This document shows, in pieces, positions 16,873 through 27,388 of a stretch of DNA of 64,000 bases. The stretch is taken from the IMG/VR virus record IMGVR_UViG_3300032116_000159, positions 2,613 through 66,612 of that record. One strand, written 5' to 3'. Origin of the DNA: a virus. Below the pieces are notes generated by a model that saw nothing but the letters and a program-made list of their open reading frames with translations, had not been told where the DNA came from and ran no database searches. The position numbers were made by a program, and so were the translations under genes. Within the stretch, counting starts at the first letter, position 1, and every line of letters starts with the position of its first letter.

Positions 16873-19272
16873 TTAACGTGTAAATGTAAACACGCCCATT
16901 ATTTGATTTAACGGTGCAAACGCACCGGTCAGTTTATATGTACTACCTTTATAATTAAATACAATGCCCTCATTAGGTACAATCTTTTCAAAACCACCTA
17001 ATGATTCGAGTCGCTTCAATTCCAATTCGAGTTTAATTAAATTTTTAGCATCACCAGTTGCACGTATTGAAGATATCGCGTTTTTAAGTTTGTCGACAAT
17101 ATCACGTTTCGCCTCTTCAGGATTTACAACAAGTACCGATGACATGAAGGAAAGTACATCGGCGCCAACGCCTAAAAATATTTCTTCGAATTTCATAAGA
17201 TTTGTTTTTGAAATTTTCTGGTAGTCGAGTTTATCTGTTTTTTCGGCCCATTGACGGATGTCAGGATCGGTGATCTGATTTAATCGGAACGACTTATCGA
17301 AAAACGCCCATCGTTTAACTAAACCGTCACGTATATCTGGTGACAAATCTTTCGGAGCGTTTTTATTGATCCATTGTTCCCACCATGCTTGATGATAGTC
17401 TTCAACACCATTCGCATCGTTTAATCCGAATTCTTTTTGCAGTTTCGATATCTTAGTAATATAATCAGGTTGTTTCGCCATTAGATCTTGACTCTTCGGT
17501 AAAGTTTGTACAGGAGGTCCTTGTAATTTAAAACGACTTTGAATATTGGCATTTACCTTTTCGATCATATCGGCAAGTTTAAAACCTGCTTGAGGATCTT
17601 CGCTTATCGGATTCCCTCGTTCATCGTATTCCATTGTACCGTGGAATACTAAAAGCGATTGCCCATATGGAATGACATTTGTATTTTCAGGATATATCAC
17701 TTCGCAATTCATGAACGCTTTACCCTCTTTGAATATCGATTCGCGTTCCGCATTAGATAATTGTATTATTGCAGATTTTAAATCCTTTATTGCAAATGTA
17801 AACGCATCCGATAATGCACCACGTCCTGCAAATTTATCGATGAGATCTTGCTCAGTCATTGCCATTTCACCTGCGTTTACTAAGTGACCTTTATTTCTTG
17901 CAGAAATCAATGCACCATTTTTCCAACTTATCGCAAGTGCCTGACCATCTGTTTTCTCACGGGCTAATTCGAGTTCGCCAGTTAATGCTGACTTTACAAT
18001 TTGTTTGAGATCGCCAAATGTTAAATTCATGTCGATATCGAATGGGTGTGCCATATGACCATATGCACCACCTTCAAGTATTATATTTTCGGTTAAGGCT
18101 TCTGTACGCAATTTTTTTATTTTAGACATTATAGAATCTAATTCGGCTTTAGCTTTTATTTGTTTTGGTGAATTCGGAAACATTTTCATCAGTGCCGAAA
18201 ACAAACGATTTCTCTCCGATTCTAATTTACGGAGTTCGTTCTTTGTATCCTCTACCGATTCTTTGTTTATTTCAATCGCTTGCAGTTGTTTTATTGCCGC
18301 TTTTTTAGTATCATGGGTACCTAATCGTTTACCACCCTTTTTAGGATACACTACCCAGTCGTCACCGACTTTTTTTACTGTTTCAATATTTAACACAGGA
18401 TCCGGTGACTTAAATGCCGGCTTTCGCATAATTGTTTTTGCGATTAATCGATTCGCCTGTGTTTTAAACGGTATATTGATATTTGTTCTTTTATCCGTAA
18501 TTACAAATTCCAAATATTTTTTAGTGAATTCATCGAACGCTGCTCTATTTCTAATGAGACGTTTAAAGAACCCGATCATTTCCGCATACGAAATTTCTTT
18601 GCCGTTTCTTGGATCGTTCAATCGTTGAAAAAAATGATCGATTTCTCTACCAAATTCGAAATCGTATGGAGCTAAATTCGTATCGGCGAATTTTTCCACA
18701 GAATCTAAATCGGCCTTAGCCATTTCATTCATCACATTGAGTTTCGATCGTATCAAATCGTATATGCGCTTGTCGAAATTCGGATACGCTTTTTCGAAAT
18801 TCAATTTAGCGTTGTTTTCATCAGATATACTAAGCCAATCTCTTACATCAGTACCACTTATCGCATTCGGTAGTGATGGAGCAACATACACGTAGCCCTG
18901 TTGTTTAAACGGCAATAAATCAGTGTTACCAGTGTACGGCAAAAAATATTTACCGCCTAAACGGCCGGAGTCTTTTTCACCGACAACCGTTATCAATATA
19001 TCCGAGTCTTCATCATAATCGTTCAGAATTTCAATAGGCCGGTACGGATTTTTTACCTGTACCACTTGCGTCTTCGGTATACCGAACATCGATGTTATTA
19101 TGGTTTTTTTATCTTTGAAATCGAATGGCGATTTCGGTAATTCTACTTTATCTGAGGTTCCGATATAAACATTCGCCTTTCCGAATTTCTTGACAAGATG
19201 CATATAGGTCGCATAATGCCCTTTGTGAAAAGGTTGAAATCTACCTACATATGTTACGATGATATTACCCAT
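16873..19272 (-). CDS. Multidomain protein: HxGH nucleotidyltransferase plus ligase-like KxDG domain
   Basis: N-terminal GRFQPFHKGH and ISGTDVR; C-terminal EKTDG, EVIYP, EGIV, YKLTG. Confidence 0.75.
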   Translation of the reverse strand: MGNIIVTYVGRFQPFHKGHYATYMHLVKKFGKANVYIGTSDKVELPKSPFDFKDKKTIITSMFGIPKTQVVQVKNPYRPIEILNDYDEDSDILITVVGEKDSGRLGGKYFLPYTGNTDLLPFKQQGYVYVAPSLPNAISGTDVRDWLSISDENNAKLNFEKAYPNFDKRIYDLIRSKLNVMNEMAKADLDSVEKFADTNLAPYDFEFGREIDHFFQRLNDPRNGKEISYAEMIGFFKRLIRNRAAFDEFTKKYLEFVITDKRTNINIPFKTQANRLIAKTIMRKPAFKSPDPVLNIETVKKVGDDWVVYPKKGGKRLGTHDTKKAAIKQLQAIEINKESVEDTKNELRKLESERNRLFSALMKMFPNSPKQIKAKAELDSIMSKIKKLRTEALTENIILEGGAYGHMAHPFDIDMNLTFGDLKQIVKSALTGELELAREKTDGQALAISWKNGALISARNKGHLVNAGEMAMTEQDLIDKFAGRGALSDAFTFAIKDLKSAIIQLSNAERESIFKEGKAFMNCEVIYPENTNVIPYGQSLLVFHGTMEYDERGNPISEDPQAGFKLADMIEKVNANIQSRFKLQGPPVQTLPKSQDLMAKQPDYITKISKLQKEFGLNDANGVEDYHQAWWEQWINKNAPKDLSPDIRDGLVKRWAFFDKSFRLNQITDPDIRQWAEKTDKLDYQKISKTNLMKFEEIFLGVGADVLSFMSSVLVVNPEEAKRDIVDKLKNAISSIRATGDAKNLIKLELELKRLESLGGFEKIVPNEGIVFNYKGSTYKLTGAFAPLNQIMGVFTFTR

Positions 19273-19304
19273 TATTCTTCTTTATTACGTGTTATTAATA
19301 ATTA

Positions 19305-22300
19305 TTAGGTCTTTTTAGTATACAGTTGAAAAGACCAATCTGACGCACCGTTAACTACACCGGTATCTAATCGTAATAGATCTCCTTTACTAAGAGTAGT
19401 TTGACCTGCTCGGGAACCTGTGACTGCATAATAAAGGAAGCCGGCATCCGGTAATGATACTGTAACTATCGTACCTGAAAATGTAGCACCACCGTTTGTT
19501 GATTTCAAGGCTTTCATTACAAATGGGCCGCCACTCGGTAAATTTTTTGCTGATAGTGATGCTGAATAGATTGTTACATTTTCAACTACATATTTCCATT
19601 CTGCTACATCGGCCGCTTCGGTTGAAGGTGTTCCAGTACCTGACCAATCGAATACAAGTGGAAAGTTTGTTGAACCGATAATACCTTGCGTTCCTTGTGT
19701 ACCCTGAGTACCTTGCGTACCTTGGGTTCCAATAGTTCCTTGTGTACCGGTTGTACCTTGTCGACCTTGAGTGCCTTGGGTTCCTTGTGTACCAATATCG
19801 CCAGTGTCACCTTTAGTTCCTTGAGAGCCTGTTGTTCCTTGTACGCCTTGAGTACCAATATCGCCAGTGTCACCTTTAGTTCCTTGACGACCTTGAGTGC
19901 CTTGTGTTCCTTGTGTACCAAGAGTTCCTTGAGACCCGGTATCACCTTTAGTTCCTTGTGAACCCGTTGTACCTTGTGTTCCTTGAGATCCTACGGTTCC
20001 TTGTGAACCAATTGTTCCTTGTGAACCGGTATCCCCAGTTGTACCTGAAGCACCTTGAGTTCCAATAGTTCCTTGTGTACCGGTTGTACCTTGTCGTCCT
20101 TGTGTACCCTGAGTGCCTTGTGTACCAATATCGCCAGTGTCACCTTTAGTTCCTTGGGAACCGATAGTTCCTTGTGTTCCTTGAGATCCTACGGTACCCT
20201 GACTTCCAATAGTTCCTTGTGTACCGGTAGTACCCATTGCACCAGTTTCACCTACTGTACCTTGTGTTCCAGTAGTACCTTGCCGACCTTGTGTACCCTG
20301 AGTGCCTTGAGACCCGGTATCACCTTTAGTTCCTTGTGAACCAATTGTTCCTTGATGGCCTTGTGTACCTTGTGTACCTTGTGTACCTATAACGCCTTGA
20401 CTACCAATCGTTCCTTGTGTACCGGTTGTGCCTGCGGCTCCAGTTTCGCCTACTGTACCTTGAGTTCCAGTTGCACCTTGTCGACCTTGTACACCTTGTG
20501 TACCGATTGTACCTTGAGTTCCAGTAGTGCCTTGTGAACCAATTGTACCTTGATGACCTTGTGTACCTTGTGTACCCTGACTGCCTGTTGTACCATTTGT
20601 ACCAGAGGCGCCTTGAGAACCTACAGTGCCTTGTGTACCTATAGTGCCTTGATGACCTTGTGTACCTTGTGTACCTTGGGTACCAATTGTGCCTTGTGTA
20701 CCGGTTGTTCCATTTGTACCAGAGGTGCCTTGAGAACCTACGGTGCCTTGTGTACCGGTTGTGCCTTGATGACCCTGAGTACCTTGTGTACCTTGTGTAC
20801 CAATTGTACCTTGTGTACCGGTTGTTCCATTTGTACCAGAAGTGCCTTGTGAACCAATTGTGCCTTGAGTTCCAGTAGTACCATTTGTACCAGAAGTGCC
20901 TTGTGAACCAATTGTACCTTGTGTACCGATTGTACCTTGTCGACCTTGTACACCTTGTGTACCGGTTGTACCTTGAGTACCGGTTGTGCCTTGAGTTCCA
21001 GTAGTGCCTTGTCGACCTTGTACACCTTGTGTACCAATTATGCCTTGTGAACCAATTGTGCCTTGTGTACCGATTGTACCTTGTCGACCTTGTACACCTT
21101 GTGTACCGGTTGTACCTTGTGTACCGGTTGTACCTTGTGAACCAATTGTGCCTTGTGTTCCAGTAGTGCCTTGTGAACCAATTGTGCCTTGAGGGCCTTG
21201 TACACCTTGTATGTTTACTGACCCTGTGAATATTTCAAAATCTTGTTTTAAATTATTATAACTCCCTGATAATATTAGAAATCGTGTTTTTGTATCTGAA
21301 CTACTTCCTGAGATTGATTGTATTACATCATTTTCTGATAGAAGATCTCTACGTATACCAAATCCTTGAAAATATACACCATATAATTGAGTGAATATTC
21401 TTGATTTTATACCGTTCTCTGTATAATAGTCGATATTCAAAACAAGTTCGGTATTTGTTTCAAATGACGATAACGGTAATATCAGTCGTGCCTGATTAGG
21501 TGAATATCCTCTTTCATTACGAGGTTGAACTGTTATATTTTTTATATTGACAATATCGCAATCTCTAAATGCGAATACAGGACGTATAGCACGGGTCGAC
21601 CCTACTCTAAAATAGAATTCGAACTTTTTCGATTCTGGTGTACTGATTTCTGATACTGATGCTAAATACGATCCTAATAGAGGCGCCTTTATCGGTTCTC
21701 TAACATTTTTGAGATTCAGTATATTTGTAACAACATCTGAACCTGATATAAAAATATCGATTTGTGGGGTATTCGAATTCAGAGATTCTGCGCCGTTTGT
21801 TGTCACGGTCAATTTGAATTCAGTATTTTCAACTGCATTAATCGATAGGTAAGGTCGCACATAATAATCATAATCGGTAACTATAGAACTTGTATATGAT
21901 GCAGACAACGCAGTACCCTGATTATTAAATATCACAGAGTTTACAGGCGTTATTTTTTTAGAGCCGTTTACATATTGCCAGTATTGCGTGAATTCAGCTG
22001 CTGTTTTAAACTTACCGACCGATTTTTCAACAAACTCGATTTTAGTTCGGTCGATTTGCTCTGATACTAAGAAATCCTGCGTTTTTATTTTATATTCACC
22101 AATGTCACGGAATTCGCCGAATGACCCGAACGGTTTATAACTTATACGAACTTTGTCCGCATCACCTGCAATAGGTTGTAAATTGAAAAAATCTAATTGT
22201 ACAAAAGATTCACTTGCAACTTGCGACAACTGTGCGTCTTCTGTTGAATAATAACTTGCAGTCACATTTTGTATATCGAAAAACTTTTTTACAGAGTTCG

Positions 22301-23255
22301 TTTGACCGTCTCTTACATAATCGAATCGGAATGGAGGATATACTTTTGCAGTTTTCGCATCCATCACTTCGAGTACGCTGCAACTATATGCCGGTACAGT
22401 ACCACCTAATGAAACTATGGTCTGTTTGTCTAAACCTAATTGATTTGTCAAACCTTTTACGACAAGAGTACCTCCGACATATTGTTCATCGAAACTACCA
22501 CCTGCATCATAGATAACACTAATGTCTTTAAACGGTGAAATTAGATCCTGACTCGATTCGAAATAGTTCGGACCAACTTTCGGATCGTAAATTATATTTT
22601 CATCGATCTCACTTACTCGAACTGCACCTTTTAGTGTATCACTATATTTGTATTCAACACCGGGTGAGGTTGTAGAAAGTTTAAATGAACCAGTGACTAC
22701 CTTTCTACGGTCACGAGGATCGGTGTCGAAGGCGTAATATCTCTCACGTCTCTCAGTCGCTCTAACTATGGGCGGCGAAGCGAAAATTAATTCGGTACTA
22801 TTTTGTATATTCGGAATTATGATTATACGTTTTGACCATATAAGATTCGGATTATCGATAAAATCTGAACTACTGGCATCTCTACTATATGCGAGTTCAT
22901 TTCCATTTCTAACATCGACCGATGCCCTACCAGCGATGTATATTGTCGCTTCACCAGGTGTAGTTGTTTCGTATATATGTGCAACGATCAATCGTGCGTC
23001 GTCTTCTCCAATAAAATTGACAACTTCATGGAATACTGTTTTACCTGCAGCATCTATTATATCGATATAGATAAGTGATGACTTAACAAGTGTATTCGAA
23101 TTTGCACGTATACGGAATGCGTTTTTTCCTAAATACAGACGTTCTGGTATATCGAATAATCGGAAATAATCAGTCGATAATAAAGATGTGTCCTGTATAG
23201 GGATTTGATTATAAACTTTGTCTAAACCGGTAGCAAATCTTTTACTCTTGAGCAT
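19305..23255 (-). CDS. Large structural protein with ~500-aa collagen-like domain
   Basis: ~680-aa globular N-terminus, Gly-X-Y from ~21210 to ~19680, ~120-aa C-terminal domain. Confidence 0.85.
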   Translation of the reverse strand: MLKSKRFATGLDKVYNQIPIQDTSLLSTDYFRLFDIPERLYLGKNAFRIRANSNTLVKSSLIYIDIIDAAGKTVFHEVVNFIGEDDARLIVAHIYETTTPGEATIYIAGRASVDVRNGNELAYSRDASSSDFIDNPNLIWSKRIIIIPNIQNSTELIFASPPIVRATERRERYYAFDTDPRDRRKVVTGSFKLSTTSPGVEYKYSDTLKGAVRVSEIDENIIYDPKVGPNYFESSQDLISPFKDISVIYDAGGSFDEQYVGGTLVVKGLTNQLGLDKQTIVSLGGTVPAYSCSVLEVMDAKTAKVYPPFRFDYVRDGQTNSVKKFFDIQNVTASYYSTEDAQLSQVASESFVQLDFFNLQPIAGDADKVRISYKPFGSFGEFRDIGEYKIKTQDFLVSEQIDRTKIEFVEKSVGKFKTAAEFTQYWQYVNGSKKITPVNSVIFNNQGTALSASYTSSIVTDYDYYVRPYLSINAVENTEFKLTVTTNGAESLNSNTPQIDIFISGSDVVTNILNLKNVREPIKAPLLGSYLASVSEISTPESKKFEFYFRVGSTRAIRPVFAFRDCDIVNIKNITVQPRNERGYSPNQARLILPLSSFETNTELVLNIDYYTENGIKSRIFTQLYGVYFQGFGIRRDLLSENDVIQSISGSSSDTKTRFLILSGSYNNLKQDFEIFTGSVNIQGVQGPQGTIGSQGTTGTQGTIGSQGTTGTQGTTGTQGVQGRQGTIGTQGTIGSQGIIGTQGVQGRQGTTGTQGTTGTQGTTGTQGVQGRQGTIGTQGTIGSQGTSGTNGTTGTQGTIGSQGTSGTNGTTGTQGTIGTQGTQGTQGHQGTTGTQGTVGSQGTSGTNGTTGTQGTIGTQGTQGTQGHQGTIGTQGTVGSQGASGTNGTTGSQGTQGTQGHQGTIGSQGTTGTQGTIGTQGVQGRQGATGTQGTVGETGAAGTTGTQGTIGSQGVIGTQGTQGTQGHQGTIGSQGTKGDTGSQGTQGTQGRQGTTGTQGTVGETGAMGTTGTQGTIGSQGTVGSQGTQGTIGSQGTKGDTGDIGTQGTQGTQGRQGTTGTQGTIGTQGASGTTGDTGSQGTIGSQGTVGSQGTQGTTGSQGTKGDTGSQGTLGTQGTQGTQGRQGTKGDTGDIGTQGVQGTTGSQGTKGDTGDIGTQGTQGTQGRQGTTGTQGTIGTQGTQGTQGTQGTQGIIGSTNFPLVFDWSGTGTPSTEAADVAEWKYVVENVTIYSASLSAKNLPSGGPFVMKALKSTNGGATFSGTIVTVSLPDAGFLYYAVTGSRAGQTTLSKGDLLRLDTGVVNGASDWSFQLYTKKT
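19680..21210 (-). repeat. Gly-X-Y collagen-like repeat with higher-order blocks
   Basis: GTQ/GSQ/GTI/GTT triplets; recurring blocks GTSGTNGTT, GTQGHQ, GTKGDTGDI. Confidence 0.95.
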
Positions 23256-23280
23256 TAATAACAGACCTTTATCATAATTA

Positions 23281-26200
23281 TCAAGCAGCCTTTATTTCGG
23301 AAAAACCTTTTGTGTTTTTATTTATATGAATTAGACTATCTGCAAGATCTTTCATAGCATCTAAGTGACTAATACATAAAATAAAATCGAATTGCGTTTT
23401 CAGAAAATCGAAAAGTAAACCGACTGAAGATATCTTATCGGAATCTAATACGCCGAAACCTTCATCGATTGCGATAAAATTTGGCCTTGGTAAACTCGAT
23501 ACATTTATAAGTGCAGCACGCATTGCTACAGAAATCATAAAACGTTCCATACCCGATGCGAGTTCAACAGGCCAATTCATTTCATCATTATAGTGTATAT
23601 AGCAATTTATATTTTTATCATCGGCCTCAAGTGTAACGTAAAACTCGACTATTTGATTCAGTATTGAATTCACCTCGTCTTCGATCACTGGCAGTATCTT
23701 TTTTAGAAGCATGTACGGTACACCATTTTTTGCGATCGATTCTAAATACGATTCGTATACGGAAATCTCATCGTATAGATCGTTTAACTGCATCTGTTTA
23801 GTTTTCCAAATATCGAATGTAGTTTGTAGTGACGACAGTTTATTACTATATGTCATCATATCATTGTGGTATTTTTTCTGTATAGTTTTGTTCGAGTTAT
23901 ATTCGATTTCTAATTCAGCAATTTTTTCCAATAACAGTTTATTGTTCAATTGAATCGATTCTTGTTTATGGTATTTTTTCTCTTGTTGTTTTAGATGCTT
24001 TATTTTATCATCGATAGTTTTCGATAGTTCACGATTGTTCGAATTCAAATTTTCGTAATTTACAATTTTAGATTCAAGTGAACCGATATCGTTTCGCAAT
24101 TGGTTATATGAAGATTCCGATTGTTGAACCAACGGCTTCAGTTCATCATGTTCCCGTGTCAGACTTTGTATTTCCGATTTAAGTGATTCGTGTTTTTCTA
24201 TAGTTTCTGGTAGTTTATCTTTCGCTTCACTTGCTTTTTGTACAAATGGATTATTGACGCAATATTTACAATTCGGATCGTATTCATGCGAGTCTAAATG
24301 TGAAATTTGTTCTTGATAGTGTTTCAAATTAGCAGATACTCTTGCATACTGTTCTTTACGTTTCTGTAAAGAATTTGCGATTTCTTGCAAACGAGTTTTG
24401 TCGGATTCAATTTTTTCTAAATCCAATTTCGAAAATGAATCTTGTAGTTTTACGAGATCTGATTTACATGTTTTTATTTCGTCAGTGTATTCGGATATCG
24501 TTTGTTTCAGCCGTTCACGAGTCGTAATGTTTTCATCTATCGATTTTGTAACTGCATCAATATCGATAATTTCATCGACATTTTGTATCTGTATTCTCAG
24601 TGAATTAAGTTCACTTTCTTTAGTTTTTAGTACAGTTTCTTCATGTGTATAGGAACCCGATGTCTCTATAAATTTCTCATGTATTTCATTTATCTGAGAT
24701 GGTAGAGTTGTATAATGGTCTTGCAGTACATCCGATTCCAAATTTTTAATTAGTACTTGTTTACCCTTAATTTCATTTCGAGTTACCAAATACAATTCGT
24801 CGAATATCGATATATCCAAAAACGAATTCAATAAATCTTTACGTTCTCTTTGTGTTTTGAATATGAAATTTTTATTGTCGTTTTGTGTCGATAGTGCAGT
24901 CAAAAGAAAATCGTCATATGAACCGATGTATCCTCTTATTATTTTATTAGTCGAATCTCTATCAATATCGTTCAAACTTTGATATTCGCCATTTACCATT
25001 TTACCGAAATTGACATCGACACGTACATTTCCAGTTCGCTTATGACGTTCGCCGAAACGTTCAATTACAAAAATTTCATTATTCAACTCGAATGTTAATT
25101 TGCATTGAAATTTGTTTCGATTGTTATTCATCACATCTTTTGCACGGTATGTACGCGAACATTTATCGAATAGGCAAAAAGTTACCGCATCTAATAATGT
25201 AGATTTACCGGAAGCATTTGGAGCAAACAAACCTTGTACACCGGTATAGTTTGAAAAATCTATCGAGTTATTTTCACCATATGAAAACATATTTGAGAAT
25301 TCGAACACTAAAGGTTTCCAAACAACATTACGCACAATAACTGCGGTCTTATCGAGTTTCGAATTCATTACACGATTGACATGTCGTACCAAATCGATAT
25401 TGACTGTCTTCTTAGAATCTAATGCCTCTAAATACTGAGTTATGAGTGTATTCTGATATTCCACATCACGTACATCGCCTAATACTGTATGGTGATCTTG
25501 TAAGTTCGACTCGGTATCGTTAACTCGTATTACAGTCGTTTCTAATAAAGTGTGACGTGTCTTTAGTAATTGAATAATTTTCTGTATATCCTTATACTCG
25601 GTATTTTTATAACGCACACGTAGTCTTAAATTTTTAGGCAGTGCATCGATATACTCTCTTGATGATGTGACTTTCCCATCTAAAATTTCAATGGTTGCGT
25701 ATGCAATTGTATTTTCAATTCTTACATATTCAGACTTTTTAGTCGCCACATCCCAAACTAATATTCCATGATCGACATCCTCACCATGATTTTGTTGAAT
25801 AAGTGAACCAGGATATGCTATTGTTTTTTTCGGATCTAAATATTGACGTTTGTGAATATCGCCTAATAGAACTAAATCGAATCCGTCAAACAATTTAGGT
25901 GTAACAAATTCGTTTTCGATATTATAGTTCAAATCGGTTACTGCGCTTGATACAGCACCATGATGTAATGCTATTTTATAATCAGATTCGATATCTTTTG
26001 CAGTTATCCAATTTTCAGGATTTCCGAATACTGAAAATACAGAAAATGCAACTCCACGGAAATTGTAAACTCCAGTGTCTTTCCAATAATATATGTTATC
26101 GTTATTCAAAGCACTGATAATCGGTGTGAGTGTATCGAGTCGTGAATCGTTATTCAAGTTCGCATCGTGATTTCCGGTAATTACGATTGTAGGTGCGATA

Positions 26201-26424
26201 TCGGCACAACCAGTTAAGAACGATGACACCATGTCAACAAGTTCAGGTGACATATCGTTTTTCGAATGGACAATATCTCCACCTAAAAAAATAACAGATT
26301 TCGAATCCGCATTCTGTTTCAAGTATTTAAAAAGACGTTTGAAAACGGATCGATATTCATCATGACGTTTCAAATTTCGTATATGAATGTCTGCAACGTG
26401 AAATATCTTTGATATATCAATCAT
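23281..26424 (-). CDS. Fused SbcD-SbcC (Mre11-Rad50; gp47-gp46) recombination nuclease
   Basis: DIH, GGDIVH, GNHD, HHG, GDIHK phosphoesterase motifs, then Walker A NASGKST, coiled coil with CKYC hook, signature ASGME, Walker B IAIDEG, ISH. Confidence 0.92.
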   Translation of the reverse strand: MIDISKIFHVADIHIRNLKRHDEYRSVFKRLFKYLKQNADSKSVIFLGGDIVHSKNDMSPELVDMVSSFLTGCADIAPTIVITGNHDANLNNDSRLDTLTPIISALNNDNIYYWKDTGVYNFRGVAFSVFSVFGNPENWITAKDIESDYKIALHHGAVSSAVTDLNYNIENEFVTPKLFDGFDLVLLGDIHKRQYLDPKKTIAYPGSLIQQNHGEDVDHGILVWDVATKKSEYVRIENTIAYATIEILDGKVTSSREYIDALPKNLRLRVRYKNTEYKDIQKIIQLLKTRHTLLETTVIRVNDTESNLQDHHTVLGDVRDVEYQNTLITQYLEALDSKKTVNIDLVRHVNRVMNSKLDKTAVIVRNVVWKPLVFEFSNMFSYGENNSIDFSNYTGVQGLFAPNASGKSTLLDAVTFCLFDKCSRTYRAKDVMNNNRNKFQCKLTFELNNEIFVIERFGERHKRTGNVRVDVNFGKMVNGEYQSLNDIDRDSTNKIIRGYIGSYDDFLLTALSTQNDNKNFIFKTQRERKDLLNSFLDISIFDELYLVTRNEIKGKQVLIKNLESDVLQDHYTTLPSQINEIHEKFIETSGSYTHEETVLKTKESELNSLRIQIQNVDEIIDIDAVTKSIDENITTRERLKQTISEYTDEIKTCKSDLVKLQDSFSKLDLEKIESDKTRLQEIANSLQKRKEQYARVSANLKHYQEQISHLDSHEYDPNCKYCVNNPFVQKASEAKDKLPETIEKHESLKSEIQSLTREHDELKPLVQQSESSYNQLRNDIGSLESKIVNYENLNSNNRELSKTIDDKIKHLKQQEKKYHKQESIQLNNKLLLEKIAELEIEYNSNKTIQKKYHNDMMTYSNKLSSLQTTFDIWKTKQMQLNDLYDEISVYESYLESIAKNGVPYMLLKKILPVIEDEVNSILNQIVEFYVTLEADDKNINCYIHYNDEMNWPVELASGMERFMISVAMRAALINVSSLPRPNFIAIDEGFGVLDSDKISSVGLLFDFLKTQFDFILCISHLDAMKDLADSLIHINKNTKGFSEIKAA

Positions 26425-27350
26425 AATAACTCTTGTATTTTATATTCGAATAATACCTGTTCGGATAGAGGTGATGTAGACTCTATCAAGTTCCACATAT
26501 TTTCATGTCCCAAACTATTTGGATCTGAATTTTTTGGTAGATTCACAAAATATACATTTACACCGAATCCCATAAAATACTCGGCTATTTTTATCGACTT
26601 CATTAATGCATCGTCATCTAATGCAATATACAGATCGGTAACTCCATTTTCCAATATTTGCAAACGAAGTGACTTCGACAGTGTTGTACCGTATAGTGGA
26701 CTCGCATTACGCTTAACCGTTATCGCATCTAATGCAGATTCGACAAGTACTAAAGGCAGTGACCAGTTCAATTGCATTTCGAAACCTACAACATTTCTTG
26801 AAAACGGCGGGTTTACAAATTTTGTCTTATTTGTGTTAAGAAACGACCTTGTAGTAAAATATGTAAGTTGACCACTTTTATCGTAGTTAGGAAATACTAT
26901 CATATTTTCATACTTACCTTGTGTACAATACCCTATACGATATTTTAGAATATCATAGAGCGTTATACCACGTCGTGAAAGATATTCGACACATGTATTC
27001 CATAAAAAATTTTTGCGGTTCGGTATCCATAAAGGCGTGTACTCTTTCGGTAAATTGCAGATTTGTCGTATCTGTTCTTTATCTTCCGTAATTACACGTT
27101 TGATTTTAGGTAACAGTTCACCTAAACGTATAAAGTGATGCTCCTTTGCATTTGCACGCTTAAACAAAGTATACATCGATTTACCTTTTGTACCACAAAC
27201 CCAACAATTCCAGTATTGTGTTTCAGGATGTATTTCGAGTTTTCTTTTTGCATGGTTACAAAAAGGACAATGGAATGCGTAATTGCCTTTGCTTTTTTGC
27301 GAAGACGCACCTAAAACCGATTCTAATAGTTTCACTAAATCTACAACCAT
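26421..27350 (-). CDS. DNA primase (Zn finger plus TOPRIM)
   Basis: CPFC...CWVC, YLSRRGI, LVESALDAI, ALDDDA, DPN. Confidence 0.9.
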   Translation of the reverse strand: MVVDLVKLLESVLGASSQKSKGNYAFHCPFCNHAKRKLEIHPETQYWNCWVCGTKGKSMYTLFKRANAKEHHFIRLGELLPKIKRVITEDKEQIRQICNLPKEYTPLWIPNRKNFLWNTCVEYLSRRGITLYDILKYRIGYCTQGKYENMIVFPNYDKSGQLTYFTTRSFLNTNKTKFVNPPFSRNVVGFEMQLNWSLPLVLVESALDAITVKRNASPLYGTTLSKSLRLQILENGVTDLYIALDDDALMKSIKIAEYFMGFGVNVYFVNLPKNSDPNSLGHENMWNLIESTSPLSEQVLFEYKIQELL

Positions 27351-27356
27351 ACTTTG

Positions 27357-27388
27357 TAAAAATACGTAAAATATTTCGAATTTCCAAA
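27357..27388 (-). promoter_or_regulatory. Bacteroidota-type sigma70 promoter
   Basis: TTTG-N20-TATTTTTA upstream of primase. Confidence 0.55.

Noticed and set aside
76-21192. Cys/Thr/Leu-rich plus-strand and alternate-frame ORFs over the repeat arrays (e.g. 104-289, 19686-21192)
   Set aside because: They are shadows of the Gly-X-Y coding repeat on the minus strand
19680-21210. Repeat arrays as CRISPR or a DGR template/variable pair
   Set aside because: Period is 9 bp with synonymous-site variation, there are no unique spacers, and no cas or reverse transcriptase gene is in the window
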